Assembly: GCA_963843275.1 (NCBI GenBank) | Contig: CAWJJM010000012.1 | Location: 221,756 to 285,755 of the forward strand | Source of the DNA: an uncultured Acidobacteriota bacterium | GTDB lineage: Bacteria; Acidobacteriota; Thermoanaerobaculia; Multivoradales; JBCCEF01 | Direction of reading: 5' to 3' | Length of the DNA: 64,000 nucleotides | Shown here: one piece after another, positions 37,636 to 47,406 of the stretch | Layout: each line of letters opens with the position of its first letter | Numbering within the stretch: the stretch's first letter is position 1 | Notes under the pieces: model-generated | Told to the model about the DNA's origin: nothing | Database searches by the model: none | What the model saw: the letters and a program-made list of their open reading frames with translations, nothing else | Translations under genes and position numbers: made by a program

Positions 37636-38850
37636 ATGAGGTTCCTCGCGCTGTCCGCGGCCCTGTTGCTGCTGGCCGCGGGCGGCTACGCCGTGGGCCG
37701 GAGCAAGGCCGCCCGCCTGGCGACCGGCGGCCGCCGGCTGCACTCCCTGCCGAGCTACCACGGCGCCTACGTCGCCCTGTGGTGCGGCCTGCCGGCGCTG
37801 GCCGTGCTCGCCCTCTGGGTGGCGTTCGGGCCCGCCGTCCGCACCCAGGGATTCGCCGCCCTGGCGCTGACCCTCCTGTTGGCGGCGCTGGGCGGAGCGG
37901 CGTGGGCCTGGCGCCGCGTCGCCGCCGGCTTCCCCGCCATCCACCGGGTCGAGACGGCGGTGCGGCGGGTCCTGCTGGCCGGCTCGCTGGTCGCCATCCT
38001 CACGACGCTGGGCATCGTCCTGTCGCTGCTCTTCGAGGCGCTGCGCTTCTTCCGCCGTGTCCCGGTGACGCAGTTCCTCTTCGGCCTGCACTGGAGCCCG
38101 CAGACGGCGCTGCGGGCGGGACAGGTGGGGTCGTCGGGCACCTTCGGCGCGGTGCCGCTGTTCGCCGGCACGCTGCTGATCAGCGCCATCGCCATGGCGG
38201 TGGCGGTGCCGGTGGGCCTGCTGGCGGCGGTCTACATGTCCGAGTACGCCGCCCCCCGCATGCGCGATCTGCTCAAGCCGGTCCTCGAGGTCCTCGCCGG
38301 CATCCCGACCGTCGTCTACGGGTTCTTCGCCGCGCTGACCGTGGCGCCGGCGCTGCGCTCCTGGGGCGGGGCACTGGGGCTCGACGTCGCCTCGGAGAGC
38401 GCGTTGGCCGCGGGCGCCGTGATGGGGCTGATGATCATCCCCTTCGTCTCCTCGCTGTCCGACGACGCCCTGCGCGCCGTGCCGCGCGGCCTGCGCGAGG
38501 CGTCGGTCGGCCTCGGGGCGACGTCGTCGGAGACCATCCGCCGGGTGGTGCTGCCCGCCGCGCTGCCGGGGATCGTCGGGGGCGTGCTGCTGGCGGTGTC
38601 GCGCGCCATCGGCGAGACGATGATCGTGGTGATGGCGGCCGGGCTCACCGCCAAGCTGACCGCCAACCCGCTGGCGGCGGTGACCACGGTGACGGTGCAG
38701 ATCGTCACCCTGCTGGTCGGTGACCAGGAGTTCGACAGCGCCAAGACGCTCTCCGCCTTCGCCCTGGGCCTGGTGCTGTTCCTCATCACCCTGGTCTTCA
38801 ACGTGGTGGCGCTCCACGTCGTCCGGCGCTACCGGGAGCAGTACGAGTGA
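37636..38850 (+). CDS. pstC: Phosphate ABC transporter permease PstC (long form)
   Basis: 404 aa; ...GTFGAVPLFAGTLLISAIAMAVAVPVGLLAAVYMSEYA...; EAA-like loop ...ALRAVPRGLREASVGLGATSSETIRRVVLPAALPGIVGGVLLAVSRAIGETM. Confidence 0.9.
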   Translation: MRFLALSAALLLLAAGGYAVGRSKAARLATGGRRLHSLPSYHGAYVALWCGLPALAVLALWVAFGPAVRTQGFAALALTLLLAALGGAAWAWRRVAAGFPAIHRVETAVRRVLLAGSLVAILTTLGIVLSLLFEALRFFRRVPVTQFLFGLHWSPQTALRAGQVGSSGTFGAVPLFAGTLLISAIAMAVAVPVGLLAAVYMSEYAAPRMRDLLKPVLEVLAGIPTVVYGFFAALTVAPALRSWGGALGLDVASESALAAGAVMGLMIIPFVSSLSDDALRAVPRGLREASVGLGATSSETIRRVVLPAALPGIVGGVLLAVSRAIGETMIVVMAAGLTAKLTANPLAAVTTVTVQIVTLLVGDQEFDSAKTLSAFALGLVLFLITLVFNVVALHVVRRYREQYE

Positions 38851-40115
38851 GCCACCACCCGGCCCTCTCCGAGCTGGCGGTGCGGCGGCGGCTCACCCGG
38901 CGCTACGCGCGCGAGCGGCGCTTCCGCTGGGCGTGCCGCGCCGCGGTGGCCTTCGCGGTGCTCGCCCTGCTCGCTCTGTTCGGGGACATCGTCGCCCGCG
39001 GCTGGAGCGCCTTCCTGGCGACCCGCGTCCACCTCGAGGTGCGGTTCGACCCCGCCGTGCTGGCACCCGGGGGGGAGGCCGACGCGGCGGCGCTGGCGCG
39101 CGCCGACTACGCCGCCCTGTGGCACCGGGCGCTGCTCGCCCGCTTCCCGGAGGCGGCGCAGGATCGCGTCGCCCGGCGGCAGCTCTTCTCGCTGATCTCC
39201 GACGGCGCCAGCTACCGGCTGCAGCGGATGGTCACGGGCGATCCGTCGCTGATCGGCTCCTCGCGGCGGCTGTGGCTGCTCGCCGACGACGAGGCGGACC
39301 TGTGGCGCAAGGGCCGGCTGCCGCCGGGGGCCCTGTCCGCGGCGCAGCTCGGCTGGCTCGACGCCCTGCGCCGCGACGGCGACGTGCGGCTGTCGTTCCA
39401 CACCCGGTTCTTCACCCAGGGCGACTCCCGCGAGCCCGAGCTCGCCGGCATCCTCGGGGCTGCCGTCGGCTCGCTCTACACCCTGCTGATCACGCTGGCG
39501 CTGTGCTTCCCGCTCGGCGTCGCCACCGCCGTCTACCTCGAGGAGTTCGCGCCGCAGAACCGCTGGACCGACCTGATCGAGGTCAACATCAACAACCTGG
39601 CGGCGGTGCCGTCGATCGTCTTCGGCCTGCTCGGGCTGGCGGTGTTCCTCAACTTCTTCGGCCTGCCGCGGTCGGCGCCGCTGGTCGGCGGCCTGGTGCT
39701 GTCGCTGATGACCCTGCCGACCATCATCATCGCGGCCCGGGTGGCGCTGGGGACCGTACCGCCGTCGATCCGCGAGGCGGCGGTCGGACTGGGTGCCACG
39801 CCACTGCAGGTGATCCAGCACCACGTCCTGCCGCTGGCGCTGCCCGGCATCCTCACCGGCACCATCCTGGGGATGGCCCGCGCGCTCGGCGAGACCGCGC
39901 CGCTGCTGATGATCGGAATGGTCGCCTTCATCGTCGACGTGCCCCACACGCCGCTCGACGCGGCCACCGCCCTGCCGGTGCAGGTCTACCTGTGGGCCGA
40001 CAGCCCCGAGCGCGCCTTCGTGGAGAAGACCTCGGGGGCCATCCTCGTCCTGCTCGCCTTCCTGATCCTGATGAACGGCCTCGCCGTGTGGTTGCGGCGG
40101 CGCTCCGAACGCTAG
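38847..40115 (+). CDS. pstA: Phosphate ABC transporter permease PstA (long form with extended periplasmic loop)
   Basis: 422 aa; ...LGAAVGSLYTLLITLALCFPLGVATAVYLEEFAPQNRWTDLIEVNINNLAAVPSIVFGLLGL...IREAAVGLGATPLQVIQHHVLPLALPGILTGTILGMARALGETAPLL; start overlaps pstC stop (ATGA). Confidence 0.9.
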   Translation: MSHHPALSELAVRRRLTRRYARERRFRWACRAAVAFAVLALLALFGDIVARGWSAFLATRVHLEVRFDPAVLAPGGEADAAALARADYAALWHRALLARFPEAAQDRVARRQLFSLISDGASYRLQRMVTGDPSLIGSSRRLWLLADDEADLWRKGRLPPGALSAAQLGWLDALRRDGDVRLSFHTRFFTQGDSREPELAGILGAAVGSLYTLLITLALCFPLGVATAVYLEEFAPQNRWTDLIEVNINNLAAVPSIVFGLLGLAVFLNFFGLPRSAPLVGGLVLSLMTLPTIIIAARVALGTVPPSIREAAVGLGATPLQVIQHHVLPLALPGILTGTILGMARALGETAPLLMIGMVAFIVDVPHTPLDAATALPVQVYLWADSPERAFVEKTSGAILVLLAFLILMNGLAVWLRRRSER

Positions 40116-41572
40116 CCCGCGGGACGTCCCTCGCCCGCCGCCGCAGGGGGATCGTCCGGTCCGCCGTCCCGCGGCCGCCCGCCGGGCCGCGACAGGGACG
40201 GGGGCGGCGGCTGGTGCGCCAGGAGGTCGTCGCGGTCGACCACCCGGCCGTGGTGGATCACCCGGCGGATGCGCCGCGTGTTGGCGATGTCCTCCAGGGG
40301 CGAGGCGGCGAGCACCAGCAGCGACCCGTCGTCGCCGGGATCGAGGCCCCACCCCTGGCCGAGGAAGTCGCCAGCGGCGGTGGTGGCCGCCGCCAGGGCT
40401 GCCCAGGGGTCGAGGCCCTCGTCCACCAGCAGCTCCAGCTCGCGGTGCAGCGAGAAGCCCTGGAAGGTCCAGGGGTTGCCGGCGTCGGTGCCGGCGAGCA
40501 CCGGGACGCCGGCGGCGACCAGGCGGGCCAGCGATTCCCGGTGGATCCGGCGCGCCTGCTCGAAGCCGGCGACGGTCCGCTCGGTCTTCTCCGGGTGGGC
40601 GGCCAGCGCCCGGTAGGCGTCCAGGAGGTCGGCGCCGGCCACGGCGGTGAGCAGCGGCGCGTCCAGCAGCCCGGGGCGGGTGACGAGGTCGGTGTCGCCG
40701 GTGGTCAGGGTGGGCAGGAGGGTGGTGCCGTGCTCCACCAGGGCGGCGACGACCTCGGGAGGCGCCGGCCGGTCGGCCGGCAGGTGGGTCACCGCGGTGG
40801 CGCCGGCCTCGGCCGCGTCGCGGACGTCCTCCCAGCTCCGGATGTGCACCACCGTACGGAGCCCGAGGTGCCGGGCGGTGGCGATCGCGGCGGCCAGCGT
40901 CGGCCGGTCGATCGAGGGGCGCGGCTTGCGCCACGTCTTCGCCTCTTCCTCCGGCGTGAGGTGCTCGTAGACCAACTTGACGACGTCCGGGTGCCGTCCG
41001 GCGAGCGCGGTGACCTCCCGGCGGGCGTCCTGCGGCGTGTCGATGATCCGGGTGGGGATCGGGTACTCGGTGCAGTGGCCGTCGGTCGCGGTCAGGCACG
41101 GGCCGGCGGCGTAGATGTCGGCCGCCTCCCCGCCTTCGCCGGCGCGCTGTGCGTCGCGCAGCTCGAAGATGTAGTCCTCCAGGTTGAAGAGGTCGAGGAA
41201 GCCGACCACCCCGGCGTAGAGCATGCGCACGGCGGCGGCGCCGGTTCCCAACACCTCGGTCTCGCCGCGCGGACCGACGTTGACCATCGAGTGGACGTGG
41301 AGGTCGCGGAGGCCCGGCAGGACCCACGCGCCGTCGAGGTCGAGGACGGTCCCCGCGAAGCCCTCGGGTGGTGCCGCCGGCCGCCCGGCGATGCGGCCGT
41401 CGAGGATCAGCAGGTTGCCGGTGGCGACGGTGCGGCTGCGCGGGTCGACCAGGTGGCCGCCGCGCAGGAAGAGGTCCTGCGCGCTGGCGCGGCCGGCGCC
41501 GGCGGCGAGGGCGAGGGCGAGGGCGGCACCGGCGGCGCGGCGCAGCGACGGGACGGGTGGGCAGGCGGGCAT
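40112..41572 (-). CDS. Secreted amidohydrolase-family protein (metal-dependent hydrolase)
   Basis: MPACPPVPSLRRAAGAALALALAAGAGRASA signal; ...GLRDLHVHS...TVVHIRSWEDV...VTHLPAD...LAGTDAGNPWTFQGFSLHRELELL... Confidence 0.75.
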   Translation of the reverse strand: MPACPPVPSLRRAAGAALALALAAGAGRASAQDLFLRGGHLVDPRSRTVATGNLLILDGRIAGRPAAPPEGFAGTVLDLDGAWVLPGLRDLHVHSMVNVGPRGETEVLGTGAAAVRMLYAGVVGFLDLFNLEDYIFELRDAQRAGEGGEAADIYAAGPCLTATDGHCTEYPIPTRIIDTPQDARREVTALAGRHPDVVKLVYEHLTPEEEAKTWRKPRPSIDRPTLAAAIATARHLGLRTVVHIRSWEDVRDAAEAGATAVTHLPADRPAPPEVVAALVEHGTTLLPTLTTGDTDLVTRPGLLDAPLLTAVAGADLLDAYRALAAHPEKTERTVAGFEQARRIHRESLARLVAAGVPVLAGTDAGNPWTFQGFSLHRELELLVDEGLDPWAALAAATTAAGDFLGQGWGLDPGDDGSLLVLAASPLEDIANTRRIRRVIHHGRVVDRDDLLAHQPPPPSLSRPGGRPRDGGPDDPPAAAGEGRPAG

Positions 41573-41860
41573 GGGACCTCCTCGGTGGACGGTGCGCCGG
41601 AGACGCCGGCGGCCGGCGCCGGCGGCCTTCGCGGGCTTCGATCCGGCGGCGGCGCGAACGGTTCCCGGGAGCCGGCGCGGAGGAGGCGGCGGCGCCGCGG
41701 CGGGTGGGGCGGGCAAAAAAAGGGGGCGGGGCCATCTCGGGGACCCCGCGCCATGAGGAGGACCGTACCGAGGGAGCCGGTGAGCGTCCCTCGTCCTGGG
41801 GTACGTCGGGGGCGCGCGAAGGTTGCAGCCCGCCCGGCGTGGCGGGCGCCGCGGACGGGG

Positions 41861-42643
41861 TCAGAGCGGCGCGGCGGCGTCCAGGCGGCGGCCCACGACG
41901 AGCTGGAACGACTCGGTCCGCGGCGTCAGCGGGCCGGCCTCGGCGGCGCCCCGGCCCAGCTCGGCGAAGGTCTCCTGCGCCCGCCGGGAGAGGCGCTCGA
42001 ACTCGCCGCTCATCTCGTAACGGACCGCGTCCGCCTCGCGGCGCCAGGTGGTGACCGAGAGGATGTCGCTCGGCTGGCGGGCGGCGCGGGCGAGGAAGCC
42101 GCCGCACCAGCCCGGGCGCCCTTCGAGGGCCGGCAGGATCGAGGCGCGGTAGATGTCGAGGAACTCCTCGTCGCGGTCGGGGCGCAGCCGGATCGCGGCG
42201 AAGCGGACGAACAGCCCCGCCGCCGCCGTGCCCAACGCCGCGGCCGCGTCGCCCGCGGCGAGGGTGTAGCCGTCGGGGGGGATCTCCCGCAGATCCGGGT
42301 CGAGGGTCTCGCTCGGATCGGACGGCTCGTGCACCCGCCATTCGGTCCCGGGGGAGAGGATCGGCTCGAGCTCGCGGAGGAGGCGCTGGTAGACCCCCCG
42401 GTCCTCGTAGGCGGCCGCCGTCCGCGGGTCGTCCCAGAGGGTCAGGGAGGCGTGGCTCTCTGCCGACCAGGGTGCCAGCAGCGCCACCAGGCGGCAACCG
42501 TCGGTGCCGGCGAGCGAGGGGATGACGCGGTCGCGGTAGATCTCGAACAGGGTCTGTTCGCTGCCCTCGCGGATGCGGAAGCGCACCAGCCGCAGGAAGC
42601 CGTGGGGGCGGGGAACGGAGGTCTCGGGCGGGTCCGGTTCCAT
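41861..42643 (-). CDS. Putative tandem ABM/Dabb-like (ferredoxin-fold monooxygenase-like) domain protein
   Basis: Two similar halves: GFLRLVRFRIREGSEQTLFEIYRDRVIPSLAGTDGCRLVALL...LTLWDDPRTAAAYE and LFVRFAAIRLRPDRDEEFLDIYRASILPALEGRPGWCGGFL...VTTWRREADAVRYE; alternative start at 42721. Confidence 0.45.
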   Translation of the reverse strand: MEPDPPETSVPRPHGFLRLVRFRIREGSEQTLFEIYRDRVIPSLAGTDGCRLVALLAPWSAESHASLTLWDDPRTAAAYEDRGVYQRLLRELEPILSPGTEWRVHEPSDPSETLDPDLREIPPDGYTLAAGDAAAALGTAAAGLFVRFAAIRLRPDRDEEFLDIYRASILPALEGRPGWCGGFLARAARQPSDILSVTTWRREADAVRYEMSGEFERLSRRAQETFAELGRGAAEAGPLTPRTESFQLVVGRRLDAAAPL

Positions 42644-42745
42644 CGGCGCAGCGCGACGCACGGGCGTCGCCGTCGGTCGATCACGAGGTCGCAACGGGGA
42701 TCGCGGCGCCGAGTCTAGCACCCGCGCCGGCGGCGCCGGCGTGGC

Positions 42746-43678
42746 TCACCGCGTGCCGGAGCGCAGCTTGCCGGGGGGCGGCGCGGCCTCCGGGTGGAGC
42801 CGTCCCGGGACGGCGTCCACCGCCTGGAAGCCCCCGCGATGGCTGCCGCCGGGCGCGTGGCGCGGCGGCGGGCCGCCCCTGCCGGCGTCGGGCCCGCCGC
42901 CGCCGTCGGCCGGGCCCGGGGCGGGCGCCGGGGGCGGCACCGTCACCGTCCACCAGCCCGGCAGGGCGGTGACGAAACCCCCGGTGACGAAGGGACCGGC
43001 CGCGGTCGGCGCGGTCTCGGCGCGGGCCCGTGCGGCCTCGGCCTCGGCGCGCACCGCGGCCGCCAGGTCGGCGAGCGCCGCGTCCCGCGCGGCGCGGCGC
43101 CGGGTTTCGGCCTCGGCCCGGGCCAGCTCGGCGAGCTGGCGGACCTGTTCGTGCGGCAGCCAGCTCCCGTTCCAGCGCTCGAGCCCGCGCCGCTCGGCGA
43201 GCTCCTCGGGCAGCATCCAGGGCCCGGCGGCGCCGTCGCGGAGGTAGCCGAGCTGCGCCATCAGGGGCGCCAGCCCCGGGGCGTCCGGGTCGAGGACGGC
43301 GGCGGTGCGCGCCGCCTCGCGGAGGCCGCTGTCGAGACCCCGTCCCCGGGCCCACCGCGCCAGCTCCACCCAACCCTCGGCGCCGGCGGCCGGGTCGGCG
43401 CTCAGGGCCTCCTTGCGCGCCAGGTAGGCGGCCAGGGCCGAGTCCTTGCGCTCGATCCGGGCCACCCGGCTGCGCGGCAGGCGGATCGCGCCGCTGGACA
43501 GGCGGATGGTCACCCGGTCGCCCTCGACCCGGGCGAGGACGCCGGTGAAGACGTTGCCGTTGGTGAGGAAGACGTCGTCGGCCGCGGCCGGTGCCGCGGC
43601 GGCGAGCACGGCCGCGAGCACGGCGCCGGCGAGGGCGGCGGGCGCCTTCGGCGGGACGCTGGCGCGGCGGCGGCCCAC
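42746..43678 (-). CDS. Hypothetical secreted protein (GTG start; C-terminal ~70 aa low-complexity, possibly read-through)
   Basis: (M)GRRRASVPPKAPAALAGAVLAAVLAAAAPAAADDVFLTNGNVFTGVLARVEGDRVTIRLSSGAIRLPRSRVARIERKD...; no recognisable domain. Confidence 0.4.
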   Translation of the reverse strand: MGRRRASVPPKAPAALAGAVLAAVLAAAAPAAADDVFLTNGNVFTGVLARVEGDRVTIRLSSGAIRLPRSRVARIERKDSALAAYLARKEALSADPAAGAEGWVELARWARGRGLDSGLREAARTAAVLDPDAPGLAPLMAQLGYLRDGAAGPWMLPEELAERRGLERWNGSWLPHEQVRQLAELARAEAETRRRAARDAALADLAAAVRAEAEAARARAETAPTAAGPFVTGGFVTALPGWWTVTVPPPAPAPGPADGGGGPDAGRGGPPPRHAPGGSHRGGFQAVDAVPGRLHPEAAPPPGKLRSGTR

Positions 43679-43684
43679 GGTCCC

Positions 43685-45451
43685 CTAGGCGGACGCCTCG
43701 ACGACGGCGCGGTCGCGCAGCAGGTCGGCGGCCGGCGACAGCGGCGCGAAGGTGAGGATCTTGTTGATCCGCTCCACGGCTTTGACGTGGTCGCCGATCG
43801 CCTGGTAGAGGACCACCTCCGCGTAGAGCTTGTCGGCGAGGGAGTTGATGCGGTCGCCGACCGCCGACGCGTGAACGCCCTCGGGGTAGCGCTCCAGGTA
43901 CTCGGCACCGTTGTCGATGTCCTGGAAGCTCGACACCTTGGCCTGGAGGCGCTGGGCGGCGAGCGTCGCCAGCTCGGCATCGCGGCCCTGGTCGGCGAGC
44001 TCCTCGAGCGCGGCGAGGTGATCGAGCTGCGGCGCCAGCACCTTCAGGCCACGGTCGGCGCGCTCCGCCTCCGGCGAGCCGGGCGCCCGTTCCACCGCCC
44101 GCAGGTACTCGCGGACCGCCCGCGTCTGGTCGCCCAGCCGGCTGTAGGCGTCGCCGAGCTTCAGCGCCACGCGCGGCACCTCCGGCGCGTCGGGCCAGTT
44201 CGAGAGGTAGCGCTCGAGGAACGACGTCTCGACCACGTCGCCCGACAGCACCTCGCGGGCCTTCGGGTAGAGGTTGGCGAGCTGCGCGTCGAGCGCCTTC
44301 TTCTCCTCGCCGAGCAGGTCGAGGAAGGGCGTGTCGGGGGTGAGCTCGGCGACCTGGTCGATCTGGCGCTGGTAGGCCCGCACCAGCTCGCCGTAGTCGC
44401 GCTCCAGCACCGGGCGCCCGAGCTCGGCGTCGCGCTGCCGGTGGAGCTTCTCGATGCGCAGACCCTCCGCCGCCCGGCCCCGCGGCCAGGCGGCCAGCGC
44501 CTCGTCCTTGACGAAGCGCACGGTGGCGGCGGAGACCTTGCCCACGGCGTCGTCGTAGCGGTCCTCGGCGGTCACCTGGACGCCGCCCGCCCAGGCGAGC
44601 AGCGCCGCCTGGGTCCGTTGGCGAAAGGCGTCCGGGTCCGCCGGGGTGGCGTCGGGCTTGAGCAGCTTGGCGCGCGCCTCCCCGGCGCGCACCCGCTCCT
44701 CGAAGTAGGGGTGGGTGCGCCAGTACCCGTACTTCTTCGACTGCGGGATGCGCGCCTCCATGCGGGCGAACAGGCGGTTGGCGCCCTCCGGATCGAAGCC
44801 TGCGGAGGCGGCCCAGCGCTGCCCCTCGGCGTCCGCCTCGTCCTCGTACTCGCGGCTGAAGCTGCGCAGCAGCAGCTCGGACACGATCAGGCTGGTCGCC
44901 GCCGCCCCCTCGATGCGCTCGGCACCCTGGTTGCGGTAGTTGGGGTCGTAGATGGCTCCGGGGTCGCTGGTGCGATCGGGGCCGGAGTTGTCGGCCCCGA
45001 TGATCACCCCCACCAGCAGCGCCTGGCTGAGCACGTTGAGCAGGGTGTTGCGGCGCTGCATCTTGAGGTGGTGGTTGAGCACCACGTGCGCCACCTCGTG
45101 GCCGAGCAGCGCGGCCAGCATGTCGTCGTCGAGGCCGATGTCGAGCATGCCGCGGGTGACGAAGACCTGCCCGCCGGGCAGCGCGAAGGCGTTCGGCTCC
45201 GCCATGTCGACCAGGTGGAAGGTCAGCGGGAAGGCGGTGTAACCGGCCTCACGGGCGACCCGGTAGCCGATGTCGGCGACGCGCCGGGCCGCGGCGGGGT
45301 CGTCCACCGGACCGTACTGCTCGAGGGCGCGGCGGGCGACCTCCAGGCTCTTCTCGTAGAGCTCGGGATTGTCGACCTTCTGCGCCGCGGCCGGCCACGC
45401 CGCCAGGGCGATCAGGAGGGCGAGGCAGGAGACCAGCGGGCGTCGGATCAT
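43685..45451 (-). CDS. M48-family Zn metallopeptidase with signal peptide and C-terminal TPR-like helical-repeat domain
   Basis: MIRRPLVSCLALLIALAAWPAAAQ signal; ...LLGHEVAHVVLNHH... (HEXXH); 588 aa intact. Confidence 0.8.
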   Translation of the reverse strand: MIRRPLVSCLALLIALAAWPAAAQKVDNPELYEKSLEVARRALEQYGPVDDPAAARRVADIGYRVAREAGYTAFPLTFHLVDMAEPNAFALPGGQVFVTRGMLDIGLDDDMLAALLGHEVAHVVLNHHLKMQRRNTLLNVLSQALLVGVIIGADNSGPDRTSDPGAIYDPNYRNQGAERIEGAAATSLIVSELLLRSFSREYEDEADAEGQRWAASAGFDPEGANRLFARMEARIPQSKKYGYWRTHPYFEERVRAGEARAKLLKPDATPADPDAFRQRTQAALLAWAGGVQVTAEDRYDDAVGKVSAATVRFVKDEALAAWPRGRAAEGLRIEKLHRQRDAELGRPVLERDYGELVRAYQRQIDQVAELTPDTPFLDLLGEEKKALDAQLANLYPKAREVLSGDVVETSFLERYLSNWPDAPEVPRVALKLGDAYSRLGDQTRAVREYLRAVERAPGSPEAERADRGLKVLAPQLDHLAALEELADQGRDAELATLAAQRLQAKVSSFQDIDNGAEYLERYPEGVHASAVGDRINSLADKLYAEVVLYQAIGDHVKAVERINKILTFAPLSPAADLLRDRAVVEASA

Positions 45452-45524
45452 CGGGGGTCCTTTGGTCGGGTCTCTTCCTCCAACCCGCGCCGCCGGTGGA
45501 AAACTCCGCGCCGGCTCCCGGACC

Positions 45525-46298
45525 TCACCGGACGCGCGCCCCTTCCTCGACGGCGGTGTCGTCCGCGCCGCCGGCCTCCTCCGCCGGGCGGGGGAGCACG
45601 GCCGCCGGCCCGACCGGCAGCACGGCCGTCGGCGCCCCGGCCGGGCGCGCCGGGCCGGTCTGCGGCAGCGGCCGCAGGATGCCGCCCGAGATGACCATGC
45701 GGATGCCCTCCTCGACGGTGATCGGCAGGTCGATCGCCTCCTTGCGCGGCACCAGCAGCAGGTAGCCGCTGGTGGGGTTGGGCGTGGTCGGCAGGAAGAC
45801 GAGCAGCAGGTCGTCGAGCCGCGGGTCGACCGCTCCCCAGCGAGCGCCCGAGGTGACGAAGGCGAGGGCGAAGATGTTGGCCTTGGGGTACTCCACCAGG
45901 ACGACGCGCTTGAACGCCTCGGTCTTGTCGTGGGAGACCGCCTCGAGGATGCCCTTGGTGGCGGTGTAGATCGACTTGGCCACCGGCACCCGCCGGATGA
46001 CCCCCTCCATCCACTGCAGCATCCGCCGCCCGGCCACCCGGTTGGACAACCAGCCGAGGAGGAGGATCACCAGGAAGGTCAGCAACAGGCCGAGCCCCGG
46101 GATGTGCACCGGCTGGTAGAAGGCCTGCGCCAGGATGCGGTCGACCAGCGGCGCGAAGATGCCGTCCATCACCTGGAACAGCTGCACCAGGACGAAGACG
46201 GTCAGCGCCACCGGGGCGAGGATGATCAGCCCGGTGAGGATCAGGCGGCGGAACCGAGCCCGCCAGTGCAGCGGGTGACCTTCGGGGCCTGCGGCCAT
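45525..46298 (-). CDS. DUF502-family membrane protein
   Basis: Two N-terminal TM helices; ...RRVPVAKSIYTATKGILEAV...VVLVEYPKANIFALAFVT...LVFLPTTPNPTSGYLLLVPRKEAIDLPITVEEGIRMVISGGI = DUF502 signature. Confidence 0.75.
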   Translation of the reverse strand: MAAGPEGHPLHWRARFRRLILTGLIILAPVALTVFVLVQLFQVMDGIFAPLVDRILAQAFYQPVHIPGLGLLLTFLVILLLGWLSNRVAGRRMLQWMEGVIRRVPVAKSIYTATKGILEAVSHDKTEAFKRVVLVEYPKANIFALAFVTSGARWGAVDPRLDDLLLVFLPTTPNPTSGYLLLVPRKEAIDLPITVEEGIRMVISGGILRPLPQTGPARPAGAPTAVLPVGPAAVLPRPAEEAGGADDTAVEEGARVR

Positions 46299-46402
46299 GC
46301 GTTCAGACTATCAGCCGGTGGTGCGGCCCGGCGTGCTACGTTTCCGCGCCGGGGCCCCGAGCGACGGGCCGCCCTCCGCCGCCCGGCCGGCCGCGCCCGC
46401 CA

Positions 46403-47379
46403 TGTCCTTCCGCCCCCTCCCCGTAGAGCTCCGGCGCCACGCACGGCGCCATCCCGAGCGCCCCCTGCTCTTCTGGCCCGAGGGCCTGGACTGGCGTTGG
46501 GCCCCGGTCGCCGCCGTGGCCGCCGAGGTGGAGCGGCTGGCGGCCGCTCTCGCCGCCACCGGCTGGACCACCGGGGCCGACGTCGCCTACCCCGACGCGG
46601 CGCGGCCGGGACGGATCTGCCTCGACCTGGCGCTGCAGGCGTCCGGCTTCACGGCGGCGCCGCGGCCGGAGGCCGGCGACCCGGCGGCGGGGACGGTGAC
46701 GCTGCGGGTGGGGGACGACGCCGGGGGCCGGGGTCCGGCCACCGCCGGGCGGATCGAGCTGGACGTCGACGGGCCGTGGGCGCGGCGCCGGCGCGGCGCC
46801 GGCCCGACCGCCGCGCCGGCGGCCGCAGCGCCGCCGCGACCGCCGGCCGTCGAGGCCGGCGGGGTGCGCGGCGCCGACGGGCGGCGCTGGACGTCGGCGG
46901 AGGTGGCGGCGGCCGCCGAGCGGCTCGAGCGGGGCATCGCGAGCGGAGGTCCCCGCCGGCCCGGGCGCGAGATCCTGGTCACCGCCGGCCCTCTCGCCGA
47001 CCCTGCGGTGCGGCAGGCGGTGTCCTGGGCCCTGGCGGTCGGCGCCGCCCTGGTGCTCGAGCCGGCACCCGCGCAGCTCGCGGCCACCGCCGCCTGGGCG
47101 CGCCCGACGGTGTTCCTGGGGACCTCCGCCGAGCTCGCCGCGCTCGACGGGGCGGCGGCCGCGGCGGCGGGTCGCTGGCCGACCCTCCGCGCCGCGCTGC
47201 GCCGCGCCCTCGGCCGGCCGCTGCCGCTCCCCTTCGGGCGCCTCCACACGCTGCTGGTCGACCCCCGGCGCGTCGAGCCCGCGGTGCTGGCGCCGTGGCG
47301 GGCGCGCGGGGTGGCCGTGGTGCCGGTGGGGGAGGGGAGCGGGGCCGGGCAGGCCGACGGGTCGCCACGCCCGCGGTGA
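46403..47379 (+). CDS. Hypothetical protein (Ala/Arg/Gly-rich; weak resemblance to acyl-CoA-ligase N-terminal region)
   Basis: [55 protein letters not shown]...; GC3-biased codon usage; no confident domain. Confidence 0.35.
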
Positions 47380-47406
47380 CGCCGCCGCCGTCCCCCGCTG
47401 CCGCTC

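Noticed and set aside
38720-42718. 1332-aa + ORF and 38829-42497 (1222 aa) minus ORF
   Set aside because: Shadow frames across pstA/amidohydrolase/ABM genes; no domains; real genes identified in other frames.
42794-45694. 966-aa + strand ORF
   Set aside because: Antisense to the secreted hypothetical and M48 peptidase genes; Arg/Gly-rich.
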